Below are positions 1 to 13,977 of a stretch of DNA of 64,000 nt, piece by piece. The first letter of the stretch is position 1. Every line of letters starts with the position of its first letter. The position numbers and the translations under genes are program-made. The notes below the pieces were generated by a model, which saw nothing but the letters and a program-made list of their open reading frames with translations, did no database searches and was not told the origin of the DNA. Origin of the DNA: Azolla caroliniana (Eukaryota > Plantae > Polypodiophyta); contig JBHGNT010000004.1 in the NCBI GenBank assembly GCA_043228905.1, forward strand, positions 25,048,001 through 25,112,000. Direction: 5' to 3'.

Positions 1-254
1 AACTTAGCAGTTAAGCACGTGACGAAGAGAGGACAAAAGCATGTGTTTGAAATGGGTGTGCACAAGGAGTCCAAATTAGATAATCAAGCCTCTAAATGTT
101 CAAAAACTTGAAGAGACTGTACGAGGAAACAAAAGATGAGCGAACCAAGCATGTAATCATATCAATCAAAGAGATGCATGCTCTCGCGTGTGCGTGCTCG
201 TGTGCGCACCCACATACACTCAATATATATACACAGTGTAAGACGCACAATACT

Positions 255-455
255 ACACTCAATATAAAAGACACATTCTATATGCAATGGAATACAATAC
301 AATATAAAATGGATACTCAATATACAAGACACATACTATATGCAATGCAATACAATACAATATATAAATACATACTCGATATACAAGCCACATACTATAT
401 GCAATGCAATAAAATACAATATAAAATACATGGTACAATATGCAATATAAAAATA
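255..455. repeat. Degenerate ~60-bp tandem repeat (about 3 units) upstream of the receptor kinase
   Basis: The motif cacat(t/a)ctatatgcaatg(g/c)aata(c/a)aatacaatata recurs at ~272, ~330 and ~389. Confidence 0.75.
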
Positions 456-631
456 CAAATTATACATGGGCACAAAGTGCATACATAGGCAATGAAAGTT
501 AAATGAAAGAATGTGCTGAATCAACTGAATGTGACTCAACACACACACACATATATAAAGAAAAGGAGTGAATGCTCTTTTAGTTTCAAGCAAAACAAAG
601 ATTGGGGTCCTCTTTGCTTAGCTTGCTTGCT

Positions 632-3600
632 ATGAAGAAGAAGAAGGCATGTATCCCTCACATCACCCTACTACTCCTACACATGTTGATGGAGGCAAGT
701 AGTGTATCCGTGGTTCGCAGCACCGGCCTCTCGACGGAAGGCGCTGCCCTTCTCGAGCTCAAGGCCGGCTTCGATGACCCGTTCGGCCACCTATCGGATT
801 GGCAACCCCCAAGCGCAACCACGGCCACCACATTATTCCCGTGCGCGTGGACCGGCGTGACCTGCAACACGTCCGCCTCGGTCACGGGCCTCGACCTCTC
901 ACAACGCAACTTATCGGGCACCCTCTCCGATGCCGCCTTCCGGGGCCTCCCTTGGCTCACCTCCTTCAATGTCTCTTGTAACTCGCTCTCGGGTCCGCTC
1001 CCTTCGTCTCTTTTCTCCCACATCCTGGGCCTCGTGTCTCTCGACCTGAGCCGCAACTACTTCGAAGCTGAATTCCCACCCATCTCACCGGACTCCCTCT
1101 CAGCCCTCTCCTTCTTCTCCGCCTATAGCAACAACTTCACGGGCGCGATCCCGGCCGCATTCTCCCAGCTCCCCCAGCTCCGGCACCTCGACTTGGGCGG
1201 TAGCTTCTTCCAAGGCCCCATCCCGCCTCAACTCGGTAGCCTCTCCTCCCTCACGTACCTCGGCCTCTCGGGGAACCTCCTTGTTGGGCCCATCCCTCCT
1301 GAGCTCGGCATGCTCTCGCAACTCCAACACATGGTCATTGGGTACAACAAGTTTAGTAGCCATATCCCACCTGAATTGGGCAACCTTACTAACCTCCTCT
1401 ACATGGACCTTTGTTGTACCAATCTCTCCGGCCCCATTCCCTCGGAGTTTGGCCGGCTCAAGTCTCTAAACACGCTCTTTCTCTACCGGAACAGCCTCAC
1501 CGGGCCCATCCCGCCCGACCTCGGCCAAATGTCCTCCCTCATGTCCCTCGACTTGTCGGTCAATAACCTCTCGGGAAGCGTCCCAGCCGAGTTCGGCCGC
1601 CTCCGGAGCCTCACATTGTTGAGCTTGATGTATAACAACCTCGACGGACCCCTCCCGCAAGGCATCGGAGACTTGCCCAATCTCCTAACCCTCTTGATAT
1701 GGAATAACTCTTTCTCCGGACCTCTTCCAGCCACGCTAGGCCGAGCTTCACCCCTCCAATGGCTCGACGTCTCCTCTAATCTCTTCGACGGCCCGATCCC
1801 GCCTGATTTGTGCCTTCATTCCAACCTCACCAAGCTCATCATGTTCTCAAATCGGCTGTCCGGCCCCATCCCTGAGAGCATAGCGAGGTGCCCGTCTCTT
1901 CTCCGGGTGCGAATGCAAAACAACCGACTAACCGGACCGATCCCCACGGGGTTCGGATCTCTCCCGAAGCTCACTCGGCTAGAGTTTCAACACAACTTCC
2001 TCTTGGGGAGTATCCCACCGGACATAGCTAACTCATCCGTGCTCAATTACTTGGATGTCTCGTTCAACGACCTCTCGGGCAACCTGCCGGTAGACATATG
2101 GAACCTCGCGAATATCCAGACATTCATCGCGAGCGGGAACAACTTCACCGGAACTATACCGCCCGAGTTCGAGTTCGCGTGCACCACACTCACCCAGCTC
2201 GATCTCTCCGACAATTACCTCTCCGGAAACATACCCCCTACCATAAGCAATTGTGAGAAGCTCATCCAAGTCGAGCTCCAACACAACCTTCTTACCGGAA
2301 CCATTCCGAAGGAGCTTGCGAGTATGCAAAACCTCGAGGTGCTCGACCTCTCCGGCAATCTTTTGAGCGGCGGCATACCATACCAATTCCAAAACTTGAC
2401 AACTCTCGAGGAGTTCAACGTCTCCTATAACAATCTTTCAGGTCCAGTGCCATTCGCGGGGATATTCCGGACCGCTAGCTCGAGCTCTTTCGTCGGGAAC
2501 CCTTACCTTTGCGGTGGGATGCTACCCCACTCGTGCATCGATGGGTCAGATGAAAACCCGGGGAGTGATGGCGGAAGGAGGAGGAGGAGCTCTAGCCTAG
2601 GCATGATGTGGGTAGTCGGGTGTGTTTTCGGGGTTTCTCTACTAGTGCTAATGGTTGGGGGCCGGTGCCTAGTCAAGCAATCCGGAGCTGGGATGAAGTT
2701 GTTCGGTTGTTGGTACGATAGCGAGGACGCGTCCGAAGACGTGGACGAGTGGCCGTGGAGGCTCACCGCATTCCAGAGGCTAGCATTCACGAGCAACGAC
2801 ATCGTAGGAGCTTTGAAAGACGAGAACATTGTCGGGAGGGGGGCTACAGGCACAGTCTATCGGGCCATTATGCCAAGCGGAGAGGTCGTCGCGGTGAAGA
2901 AGCTATGGATGAGCCTCAAGATCAAAAGCACCAAAGGAACGAAGGGCTCCAAGTTGGTCGAGCCTCGAGGTTTCGAGATTGAGGTTGACCTCCTCGGGAG
3001 CATACGCCACCGAAACATTGTGAGGCTGTTGGGATATTGCTCCAACAATGTCGACACTTTGCTAATTTACGAGTATATGACCAACGGGAGCTTGCACGAT
3101 GCTCTTCACGGGAAGGACCGAGGTTGTATCCTACTCGCCGATTGGGTGACGCGGTACAATGTGGCGGTCGGGATTGCGCAAGGGCTTTGCTACCTTCACC
3201 ATGATTGCTTCCCTTTGGTGGTCCACCGAGATGTGAAATCGAACAATATATTGCTAGACTCCAATATGGAAGCTCGGGTCGCGGATTTCGGCGTGGCAAA
3301 GCTCGTGGAAAGTACGAACGAATCCATGTCTATGATCGCGGGTTCTTATGGCTATATAGCTCCAGGTATTATATTAACATTGTGTGCAATGCCATGCCAT
3401 CGTGACTAACCATCCTAGTTTTAAAGATATACTGAAAAGTGTTATAGCTTCAGGGTGGTGAATCTAGTGTCTACTATTTCTAGGGTCACTATGTTAAGGT
3501 TTAAATTTTGATGGTTTCACACCTTGCAGAATATGCATACACCCTCAAGGTTGATGAAAAGACTGACATATATAGCTTTGGCGTGGTGCTACTCGAGCTT

Positions 3601-3915
3601 CTAACGGGTAAGAGGCCGATCGAGTCCGAGTTTGGGGATGCGGTGAACATTGTGGAGTGGGTCCGAGGCAAGGTGAGGAGCAAGGCGGGCATCGTGGACG
3701 CGCTAGATGCAAATGTGGGGGCCTCATGTAGCATGGTGCAAGAGGAGATGCTCCTAGTGCTCAGGATTGCGTTGTTGTGCACGAGCCGATGCCCGAGGGA
3801 TCGGCCTTCGATGAGGGATGTGGTGACCATGTTAGCCGAGGCGAAGCCGAGAAGGAAAAGCAACAATATGGGTGGATCGATTATGCCGATGGACATGCCG
3901 GACCATAACACATAA
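632..3915 (+). CDS. LRR receptor-like kinase, subfamily XI, PXY/TDR(PXL)-like CLE-peptide receptor; exons 632-3365 and 3530-3915
   Basis: Signal peptide, LRRNT cap (CAWTGVTC), about 21 plant LRRs (LxxLDLSxNxLSGxIP), C-cap GNPYLCG and a TM helix. The juxtamembrane [14 protein letters not shown] is typical of PXY/PXL. Kinase motifs [26 protein letters not shown]. The single intron GT3366..AG3529 lies at the canonical GYIAP|EY position. First in-frame ATG is at 632. Confidence 0.93.
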
Positions 3916-5819
3916 TACATTGTATATGTTGTTGGAAGTCAAGTGGTAAGGCCATGGTAGCCTACCCTACTTAGAGTAGTTTCTTTTCTACATAACCTTG
4001 TGGAATCTTGAGATTTGAACCCTTGATGAATCGTAGAAGAATCTCATACCCTCTCTTTAGAGTGTAATGTACATTTGGCAAACTATTAACCTCATGAGTA
4101 TACACTAAAAATCTTGGAAATAAAGATAGATACATAGAAAGAAAAAGAATGTTAAAGCATGGGTCTAAACAATGTCTAGGGTCTACTATTACTAGAACTA
4201 CTATCGTCGCGGTTTCAAAATGCAATGCATCAATGTTCGAACAATCTTCTTCTTCTTTGTTCTTTCCTTCAGTAATCATCTCCATATGTCATCTCATCCA
4301 ATTCTACATGCAAATCAGTGACATAATTCCATTTTGTTACATATTTGTTCCCTCTCTAGTATTTGGAAATTTGTACAATCTTAGGTAGTTTGTTTCCACT
4401 CCTCAAACACTACGATTTTTCCTGTCTATTATTAATATAAAAATTCCATTGATCAATTCTATGCTCTGACATGTTTGTTGCTTGGCCAACAATCTGGAAA
4501 TTTTGGGATTGCCAAGATACTCAAGTCACAACTAGTACAATTTGTATGTTAGACTTAACTAGAAATAGACACTTAGAATGAAGAATGGAATTAGCCACTT
4601 TTTCTCTCGCTTTCTCTCTAACACACACATACGTACACTAGAATTGTTGGCTCAAGTCTAGGTTCCACGCACCTTTCACTTTGTCCCATGAGTCAAATCT
4701 AGCCTTTGGGGATGAAATAGAACATGTTTGGTTGGTTTGTGTCAAATCAGCTTCTGCAATTTCGTAAATGGTATGTTTGACATCCCCTAAACATTGAGAA
4801 GTTCATTTATATATACATTAGTAGCATCTAAAAAGAGTTAGTTTGATGAGGTTTCACTCATTTGGAACTACAAAAGGGAAGTGGTTGCTCTAGACAAATG
4901 TTGTCAATATACAAATCCTCGTTTTAATGCTTTAAATCTTAGTGTTTGAGGTTAATATTGCCAATTATTTAGAATAGATTGGCCAAATTTCTCGAAAGGG
5001 ACATATAACAATTGTCGAATGAGGATCATGTTCACATTTATTTGAAATCCGTTGTCAAATCAAATGTTGCTTATAAGATATATACAGATAAAAAAATAAA
5101 AAACATGTAGTGTGTTCAAGCATCCAAGCTCCATTCTAACATGGAACTCGTGTGTGTACTATTAAATCAAGATTGGAAATAATAGTTTAATTTATGATTA
5201 TGCTTGTTCCTCACACATACATATACAATTGTACATCAATTTCCACTTAAAATGGTGTGTATCAAATCCTCTCCCATTCATATCATTGTTTATTCAATTG
5301 TCCAATGTCATAGAAAAGGAAGTATAAACGGAGAAGAAAGAGTTAACAAAGTTTTGTAAAAAATGCTTATCTATAATAGTTTCTTGGTCACGTTCAAATG
5401 AGTGTCTCTCACTTCATGGATTTCGCACTACCTATATACGATTAGACTATTGTAGAATTTCAAGTAGTGGCTATATAAGAAGAGGATAAACTTCTTGCAT
5501 TTAGCAAATAACTCCTAGGATTCATAAAACATTGTATACTTCTCCCTCGTGACTTTCTTGGATTTGTTGCCACATTCATTAAAGCATATTCACATTTGAG
5601 TATATCTAATTCACTTATTTTCTAAATCAATTAGCAAACTTCCATGTGTTGTTTGGGCAACTATGCTAATGTAATATTGGCACATGCATTGTATCGTAAC
5701 ACAAACATTTTTAGCAATGCATTACATTGGTGATGGAAAATTGTAAATCAAGGTGAAACACTCCAAAAAGGATATTAACACATCAACTTAGAAACATTCA
5801 ACACCTTAGTCATAAATGT

Positions 5820-6660
5820 GCTCCTCAATGCCATGAGCGGCACATCAAGCATAAGTGATTTGTGTGAGGGAAAACCTAATAACCTAAAAGGATACGAAGT
5901 TTATTGCCAAATTCTAGTTGAGGATATTGTAACACACATGTGCTTATAAGGGCATAAATAGGTCATGAGAGACCTAACCAAGATAAAAGATATCCTCTTA
6001 AAAGAAACACTATTGTCATAACTTAAACGGAGAAGATTGTAACATAATATCCTCATGCATGCGCATACATATGTCGTGTTCTCTTTAGTAAAATGCAAAC
6101 AAGAAATGGGTGCATGGTGTTGAAGTAAGTTGAAGCTGAAATGGTTCCCTATAGTAATGCTAAAGTATTTAAAATGTTGAATGCTTGACTAATCAAAGAT
6201 CTCCCATGTGCAAGATACTCACCTGGAATGGATGTCCTCAAATACCAATAAATCTAACACTTTGAATATAAACATAGTATCGGAGGTAGAAGTAGAGGAT
6301 GGGTTGTCGAAATCAATAAAGTGCTGATGCAAAATGAACAAAAACTTAGCAAAATACTCGTGTGTAAATGTTTCTCCTTTTCAATCCCTCGATAGCCATT
6401 TGTTCAATCTAACATTTCTTAGTTGAACCAACTAAAACTTTGAATGGGTTTTAAGAGGAAATAGAAGTCCTTACATGAGGTGGCAAGATGAGACTTAAAA
6501 AAAAGGTATTGCACCATATTGACAATCACATGAATGAAGGCACCATATAATTCAATATCAACACGACAACTCTCCCTAAACAATAGTAATGGTTACCATA
6601 TAACAATGGAAGACACCCACTCTTAATGAAATGCCAAACGAAGTGGCCGTTGTATTTGCC
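5820..6660 (-). pseudogene. Possible decayed SWIM-zinc-finger (MULE-type) transposase remnant
   Basis: The minus strand at ~6455-6535 reads HSCDCQYG...SCKDFYFLLK across a stop/frameshift, resembling SWIM CxC...CKHxYF. No intact ORF; boundaries are approximate. Confidence 0.25.
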
Positions 6661-6704
6661 TACACTACCCTTCAAGTACGCCTAAACTAAGTCATTCTTA
6701 GGCA

Positions 6705-7431
6705 CATAGATTGACGCATGCGTGATATTCGTGGTATTCACCATCCGTAATATTTGAGAATACAAAATGACCCCAAGAATATTATAGAACCATTCGTTTT
6801 AAATTTACACAATAAAAATGATTTAATTTACTATATAAAAGTAATTAATTCGCTATACTATTAATTAATTCACTAATAATGAATTAATTTACTAAAAATA
6901 TTAATTAATTCATTAAGGTTCCTAATTTCCGCAAAAAGTAGGGTTTCAGGAATTAAAATATTAATTAATTCACTAATAATGAATTAATTTACTACAACAT
7001 TAATTAATTCACGAATAATTAATTAATTAGGGTTCCTAATTTCAGCCAAATTTAGGGTTTCAGCAAAACCCTGAGTTTGGAGGCCGAGAACAATATATAT
7101 GTATGTAGGTGTCCTCAGAGGATGAGGGGGCGTCGAGAATGGAGACCGAGAAGAAGAAATATGGTCGAAATTAGGGTTTTCAGCCGAAACCCTAATTTGC
7201 AGGCCGAGAACAGGATGCAAGGGGAGGCGAGGGTGTAAGGATCACGGACAGACAAGATGCAGGTTGCGACCTCTTCGCTGACTGTTCGGTGTTGTTCGCT
7301 CACAGTAGCTAGCATTAAAAAAAAAACGAAATTTTTTGTTTCAACAAAAAAGTTTTAAAAAGCAACGAATACTGTTACCTGTATTCGCATTCGTAGGGGA
7401 GGCCCGACGAATGCGAATATGTCAATCTATG
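6705..7431 (+). mobile_element. Non-autonomous TIR DNA transposon (hAT-like MITE, CATAGATTGAC family), 727 bp
   Basis: Perfect 11-bp TIRs catagattgac (6705-6715) and gtcaatctatg (7421-7431). Degenerate 8-bp flanks cttaggca/gctgggca. AT-rich attaattaattcacta repeats and tagggttt motifs inside. Colinear homologue at 17295-18111. Confidence 0.8.
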
Positions 7432-7983
7432 GCTGGGCATGTGTTCAGATCAGGTTTATAAAATACATAATCATTTTTTAGCATGTACATATGTATATGA
7501 TTGCATTGTTCACATGTGGATGTTTCAAATGCCCCAAGGAATTTGCCTTAAAGATTTATACCTTAACGTTATGCTTGTAAGACCACAATAGGGTAAACCT
7601 AAGCGTCACGTTTGTAAGACCACAATATGGTAAAACCAAAAATGTCAGTTTCTCCTAACACTCCTCCACATTAGATTTACTATCAATGGGATTAAAGGCC
7701 AACGTGGTGGTTATTAGCCTAGGAACAACCTACATATTGCTCAGATCTCACCACGATTTACGAAGGTGTTGCATAACAAGAAAATTGTCACAGGCAGCAA
7801 TGGCAAAGAAAATATCAGGAATGTTTGGAGAAATCTCTCTTCTTAAGCCATTTATTCCAGAGAAATTTTGTTAGAAGACCATGGAGCATCACTGGTTATA
7901 AATACCACATTTTATTTGTGTATAATGTGCTTCAGAGGACAGTAGGCACAGTACATGTCAACCTCCAGATAACATCAGAAATA

Positions 7984-8202
7984 CAAGCAAAACAAATTCC
8001 TCAAGTTTCCCACTATGCCAGAAATACCTTCACTCAACTCCAAAAACTACAGTTTGCGGTGAATATTTTGAGCAGAGAACATCAGAAATACAACTCGTCT
8101 TTATCATTTTATCAAGCAAAACAAATTCTTCAAGTTTCCCAACATGCCAGAAATACCTTCACTCAACTCCAAAAACTACAGTTTGCGGTGAATATTTTGA
8201 GC
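7984..8202. repeat. 90-bp direct duplication (7984-8073 and 8113-8202)
   Basis: caagcaaaacaaattc...gcggtgaatattttgagc is repeated almost identically. Confidence 0.9.
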
Positions 8203-8647
8203 TTAGACAAACAGAAATGTTTGGAACTGCCTTTGATAGGTAACCATGGTCAGTCTCTACAAAAGTAAGCTTTGTTTACTAATTTCTTCGGTACTTCCAC
8301 ATGTATGTATGTCTTCCAATTAAATCTTCGGGAGAAGTATGATGGAACTAATACAATGTATTTTTTGTCACAATAATTCGGACAATCGCAATTTAAAAAG
8401 TAGCAAAAACACAGCAGAGTGCATCAGGCTCCCTCGCTCTGAAGCTAAATTTATTCAAATTCTTCCATTGCCATCATTATTTGATGCTAGACACTTATAT
8501 ATCAAATGCTGGAGATTCCCGGAAAGGAAACTATAGCACTGAATTGTCCATAATTCCTACAGCAAGTATATGGTCGAAGAAAAAAGACATCTTTTTGTTC
8601 CAAAGCAAAAGGAAGAGTAGCAAAATAAGGAATATTCCAGATATCCC

Positions 8648-11600
8648 TCACAGATAGTTTCGATGGTCCAATTTCTTCAGATCAACCTGAATGTCTTCCA
8701 GGCCATGTCTGCACAAGATACGATTATATTAACAAAATACCATCACAACCAGAATCTAGCAAGATTTAATGCTACAGTATGACTGATCATTATTTGAAAC
8801 ACAACTATATTGCATCTATCCTACTTCATGCATTTCCTGAAAAAACAACTCTCCATTTCAGATTAGTTTCCAAACATTTCTAAATTTAATGCTTCAATCA
8901 GATTTCCCTTCTTAAACCTCAAGATGTAAAAACATGGCAGCATACTGAGATGAGTATGATACATACCGTTTCTTGTGTGTTTCAATTGTGTGAACGACTT
9001 CATTTTTCATGTGTTCAAGCTCTGCCTTAGCAAATATGGTATCCAACTGACCTCCCAAGTCCTTCAATGAGTTCGGATTTACTCCCAACCTGTTTCAGAA
9101 ATCAGAAAAATGGTATTATTATTTCTTCCATATCATTAACACACTACCTTAGATTCTGAAAGTAGACCGTACGCCTTATTGATAGCATCAAATTCTTTAC
9201 GAAGTAAGCTCATGCCCTCTTTGTCACCACGGATCAAAACTCTGCCAATCTTCTTCTCGATCTTCTCCACAGCCTCAATCATCAATTTATCGCCCTCATA
9301 TTTTTCCTTTACACCCAATCTATATTGCAAAGATTTTAAACCATTAGTTTGAAACATAATTTTAAGGTCATGTCACCAACTCTAAGCAAAACATGGGGAA
9401 GAAAACAAATCCACTGAGTTACATACTGGGCCTTCAGTTTTGGCAATGCTTTGAAGAATGTCTTCACATCTGGTGCTGCTGCGGCTTGACGATCAATCCA
9501 CGATGCGAGTTGCTCTGTTTTTGATGGTAAGCCAACCCTGGATTTTGCGAACGCCAATAAATCACTCAATATTATGTAGCTTAGATGAACACCCCTTTAT
9601 GATTCAATCACTTGTTTATTTTATATACCTACTTTTTTCTAGCTCCATCCATGAGAGCCTTATACTCTGAAACTGCTTTGTCATCTTCAGGGTCTAAGGT
9701 AATTTTTGATTTCGTCAACTCCGATATCATAGTCTTATATTTGTTCATCATATTGAAGAAGATTCTTTTCAATGGATCTGCACATCATGGAGATTAAACA
9801 CTCGGTTTTCGTTTTTTTAGATATCGGTACATTATTTTCAATACAAAAAAAAAGCAGACTATAAAGCCCATTACAAGAGCCATATCGTAGAAGAAATGGA
9901 AAGAGGGAGATATTGAGTTGGGAAAAACATAGCAATATGGAGTTTAGGTTCCACGGAATACCTACTTGAGACCAACAAATGATACAGAGAAAGAGAGAGG
10001 ACACAGACAGATAGACAGAGAAGAAGATGTGATGCTTAAAATACATATGAGACAACAATTGAGGCAGCACGTTATATTTTAACTAGACCTTAAATACATT
10101 CAATATTGACCTGAAGAGCAGAATAGAAAGTTGTGAGAATGACTTTGACCGAAAAAACATGTCTTCACAGAAAGAGGGCTCCACAGTGTTCATATTTTTT
10201 TAGACAAGCAACAAAAAACAAGACCCATACAGGCACTCATCTAAATTTGTGAACTATTTGACAACTGGTTTGTAATATGAGTTTAAGTAGCTACATAAAT
10301 CAATCTTTTTATTTGGTGGCAAGCTCTGACGAAAATTGCAAGTCTCACAAAAAAGCCCCGCTAAGATCAGCATTAAATAAGAATAAATAAAAACCTATGA
10401 AAGAGCTTAGAACGAAGGCCTTAACTAAGTAAAAACAGAGTCTAAATGGGATTTTCTTCCTTTTGCTGACTAAGTGTTTCATCCATATTAATCGTTCATA
10501 ATATTCCTTCACTCCTTAACTAAGTACAAACTCACATAGTCAAAAGTCAATTGCCTTCTATTCAATGAAGCTTTTGATCACCAATGCTTTTCTGCTTGTT
10601 AACCAATCTAACAATTCAATCTCCATCCAGAGCCTTCATCCCACAGGACTACTGCTAGACCTTCGATGCTCCTCTATAAGAACAAGAAAAACAGCGCCAC
10701 CACTACTTCGTTGGAATCCGACTCATTTTCCCCTTAGTTATGAGATTTACAATCTCAAACTTGAGGCGCCAAAATCCTCTACGCTGTAGTTAATCCTATT
10801 TTCTAATGCATTTTCAACCTATAGTTAATTTATGAACCTAATTATAAAACACGCTGAATATAAATCTTGTCAGCAATATAAATGAGCATACTGAGAAACC
10901 TTACTAGAATGTAGACTGGTATCTAACATGACTGTGGCCATTACGAGCTGATTAAAGGATAGAATCTCAGGTTCAAGTCCCATTCATCAACCTTCTAAAG
11001 TTTTCCAAGAAAAACCCCAGAACATGAAATTCAAATGGCTCCCTACATGTACAGATGACTGGACTAATTTTATAGTTGAGTTTACTTAAAGACTAAAAAT
11101 ACCTTAGTTCTAAAGTATGAATCATATTAATAATGCCAATGTTTTAAATTTAGACAACATGAACCACACTACTATTAATTTCTGGTGACATAATTGATAG
11201 TAGATCACTCTAATCGCTTGGAAAACGACATGGTTTGATTCATAAAGATACACTATTGATTTCAAATGCAATCATTGTTAAGAATGGGTGAACAATACTT
11301 GGAGGCTTTCGCTCTAATTCCAATATTTTATGTTAGATTAATAATAATTAGGATATCTAGCTATAATTGGTTAAGCATCTCTCAAGGCCATGAAGACAGT
11401 TTTCCCCTTGCGTACAAGACTACAATATGTGGCATCAATGTTTACTTTTACTCTTAGTAAATGAATTATAAATGTATACAACAAAATTCAGGTCAAGGTA
11501 GTAATTAGATGTTCACATTTACAAATTATAGATTCTCATATTACTAATCGCATGATAATTCAATTAGGCTTTTACATGATTTCAGTTATCAACCAGCTGA

Positions 11601-13796
11601 TGTTTTTGTGCAACATTATCACATGCATTGTGCATGACTTATCAAGGGCTGCTAGGCCTACCAAATATATTTGACGTTGCGAATGGTTCAAGGCATAGTA
11701 CGTAAAACAAGGCATAGTATGTAAAATTCGTGTTCATCTAGCATAACATTCTTTTTCATACGTTGGAAAACGAATGCGAATCTTATTCAAACATTCTTTT
11801 GTTTTTTGTTTTTGTTTTATTCCTCTTTTTTAAGGTTTTTTTTTGTTTTTTTCCCTTTTTTAGGTTTATTTACCTCATAATAAATAGTTAATCCAAAAGT
11901 ATGGTATTTACCATTCTTCAAGGGTGTTTACCATGCTCGAATGTTGCAATCATTCGCGAATGTGAATGCACATATGGTATGTATGGTTCATACTATGGTT
12001 CAAGCCTCAAGGCATTGTTACCCTTGGCTTATGGGGCTTTTCATTCCTGATGTTTCATGATAATGCAATAGACTGCCTCATGTATGAAACAATCTCATAA
12101 AACATTACATGCTTGTAAATTTGGAGCAACTTCAGGTCAATTTTTATTAGAAAAATGAACTGTAAAAATTATTGATTAATCTAGCTACTAAGTTCACACA
12201 GTCTAGCACACTATACAGAAATTAAAGTACCTTGTTCCTCAGAAGTTGCTGGAGCATTTGCATAGTGACGCACTGAAGTCAGGTTTTCAGCATGCATGGT
12301 GCGTGTTGCACACAATAGCTGGTCAGAATAAAGCATAAACAATCAACCTTACTCCGCACAATAAATGGAATGTAAATGAATTTAACTAACACTCCCACTC
12401 TGTATACAAAAATGGTTTCCTTCTATACAATATCACAAACAAATCTACCAAAACCACATTGGCTGGCCTCAAAAATGATTCCTATAAACCTCATAATTCA
12501 GTATCCTTATCAACAATATCATTTTATGTCAAAAGACTAAAACCTTATTGAGGACGAACACAAGGGACCATAAATTAGCAAAACAAAACTGCCAATAATC
12601 TTGTACCATCAAAAGAGCATGATCAAGAAGCATGGCACTTTAAGACTCCAGTATCAATCATTTACCACCTGTATCTTAGCTCCAACTGCGTCATGAATAA
12701 AAAATAATTCAAGGTCGGATAGTTCGGGATCAACCTGAGCAACATGGGGAATCCATATTCAAGAAACACGCATTCTCAGTGTCTGAATTAAGTGCACACG
12801 TTCTCATCATCTATATTAAGTGCACATGTTTAGAAGTATCTTAATATAGGGGCATTCACGGATAGCGATGATAAATACAACACACGAGAAAACATGCTGA
12901 GATTCTGTCACATCTTTGAGATTCACTACGTAACAGCATGTAGTCTTTTCTAAGAAAGGAAGTATTGGCATGCTATGCACACAGACCTATATACTCAAGA
13001 AATATAAGGTATATATTGTGCATGCATAAAAGGATGAGAAAACACCTGCCAACTTGGCAATGTTACTCAAATTATAAGTAAGGAAACAAGCTAGAGGCAT
13101 AAATCTCGTAAAACTGGTGAACATAATTCAAGACTTCCATCACGATTCTGGGAAGCTAAAAAACAGTTCTTCTGTCTAATATGCTGAAACCAAATTGAGC
13201 AATAAATCTTTGGAGGATATTTTGTCTTTTGATGTATGAAAGTGAGGTCTATAGATAGCTTAAAATATGCTATTAGATAAAACTAAAATCTAACCATGTA
13301 TATTATACACTACTATTCCTCCATACCAGCATTTGCTCTCCCTCCCCTCCAATCTGGATGTCTTTCATAATGAGGGAATCCACTTCCGAGTATGTGGATA
13401 CAATAATAATGCCTAAAATCCGTCCATGCATTGCTAAATGTGCTTCTGACTTCCCCGTGTCTATTCATTCCATAAATTCAGCCTTCCACATACACAAAAG
13501 GTTCCTCTGTGTCGTACAATGTATCGATTAATTAACTTCATCAATGCATACAAAATAAAATGGTCCCTACTGCGGATGAGCCTAGATCACATGACTAACG
13601 ATCTCGGGAACAAACGATAGCAGCGGGTAAAGAAAGCAAAGGAAAATGCGAAAGACGGAAAAAAAGGGTAAAAAAATGAGAGATCAGGGTGCAGAGGTCT
13701 CAGTACCTTGAGCATAGATCCATCTACGAGACGAGAAGCAGAGGCTCCGAGATGATTCCGAGCGAGAACGTTCGATTTGGAGATCGACATGGCCAT
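8648..13796 (-). CDS. MGP1: Mitochondrial F1Fo ATP synthase 24-kDa subunit FAd (MGP1-like); exons 13707-13796, 12231-12318, 9633-9777, 9427-9537, 9173-9319, 8967-9089, 8648-8708
   Basis: The phase-consistent GT-AG spliced product has a presequence (..TSVRHYA) and then DPLKRIFFNMMNKYK..KITLDPEDDKAVSEY..LMIEAVEKIEKKIGRVLIRGDKEGMSLL..AKAELEHMK..VDLKKLDHRNYL*. This matches plant FAd motifs (KITLDPEDPAAV, LLRSDKKGMDLL, LDIRNF). Confidence 0.92.
11694..11997 (+). mobile_element. hAT-like MITE (CATAGTA family) in intron 2 of the FAd gene
   Basis: TIRs catagta.../...tactatg. 8-bp TSD gttcaagg (11686-11693) / gttcaagc (11998-12005). The left end is locally duplicated (19 bp). Reverse-orientation relative at 42439-42583. 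Confidence 0.8.
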
Positions 13797-13863
13797 GGAT
13801 GGAGAGACACAGAGACAGAGGTTTGGTCTTGCCCGTCCGAGACAGAGATGCTACGCAGCAGCA

Positions 13864-13977
13864 AAACCCTAAAAAAGTGCAGATCGAAAGCAGCTTCTAA
13901 ATACATATGAATAGATGGAGGGGGTTGCTGTTGGGATTGCAGACCAACACATGAACGGATGGATGGGCATGACGTGG
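13864..13977 (-). promoter_or_regulatory. Proximal promoter/5'UTR motifs of the FAd gene: telo-box and G-box/ACGT-like element
   Basis: AAACCCTA at 13864-13871 and TGACGTGG at 13970-13977, within 200 bp upstream of the ATG. Motif match only. Confidence 0.35.

Noticed and set aside
96-488. 130-aa ORF upstream of the kinase
   Set aside because: Made of low-complexity ~60-bp tandem repeats; no protein features.
658-3299. Antisense and alternative-frame ORFs over the receptor kinase
   Set aside because: Shadow ORFs of a GC-rich coding region, with no recognisable motifs.
10905-10990. tRNA gene suggested by the B-box ggttcaagtcc
   Set aside because: No cloverleaf or acceptor stem can be formed; at most a decayed SINE head.
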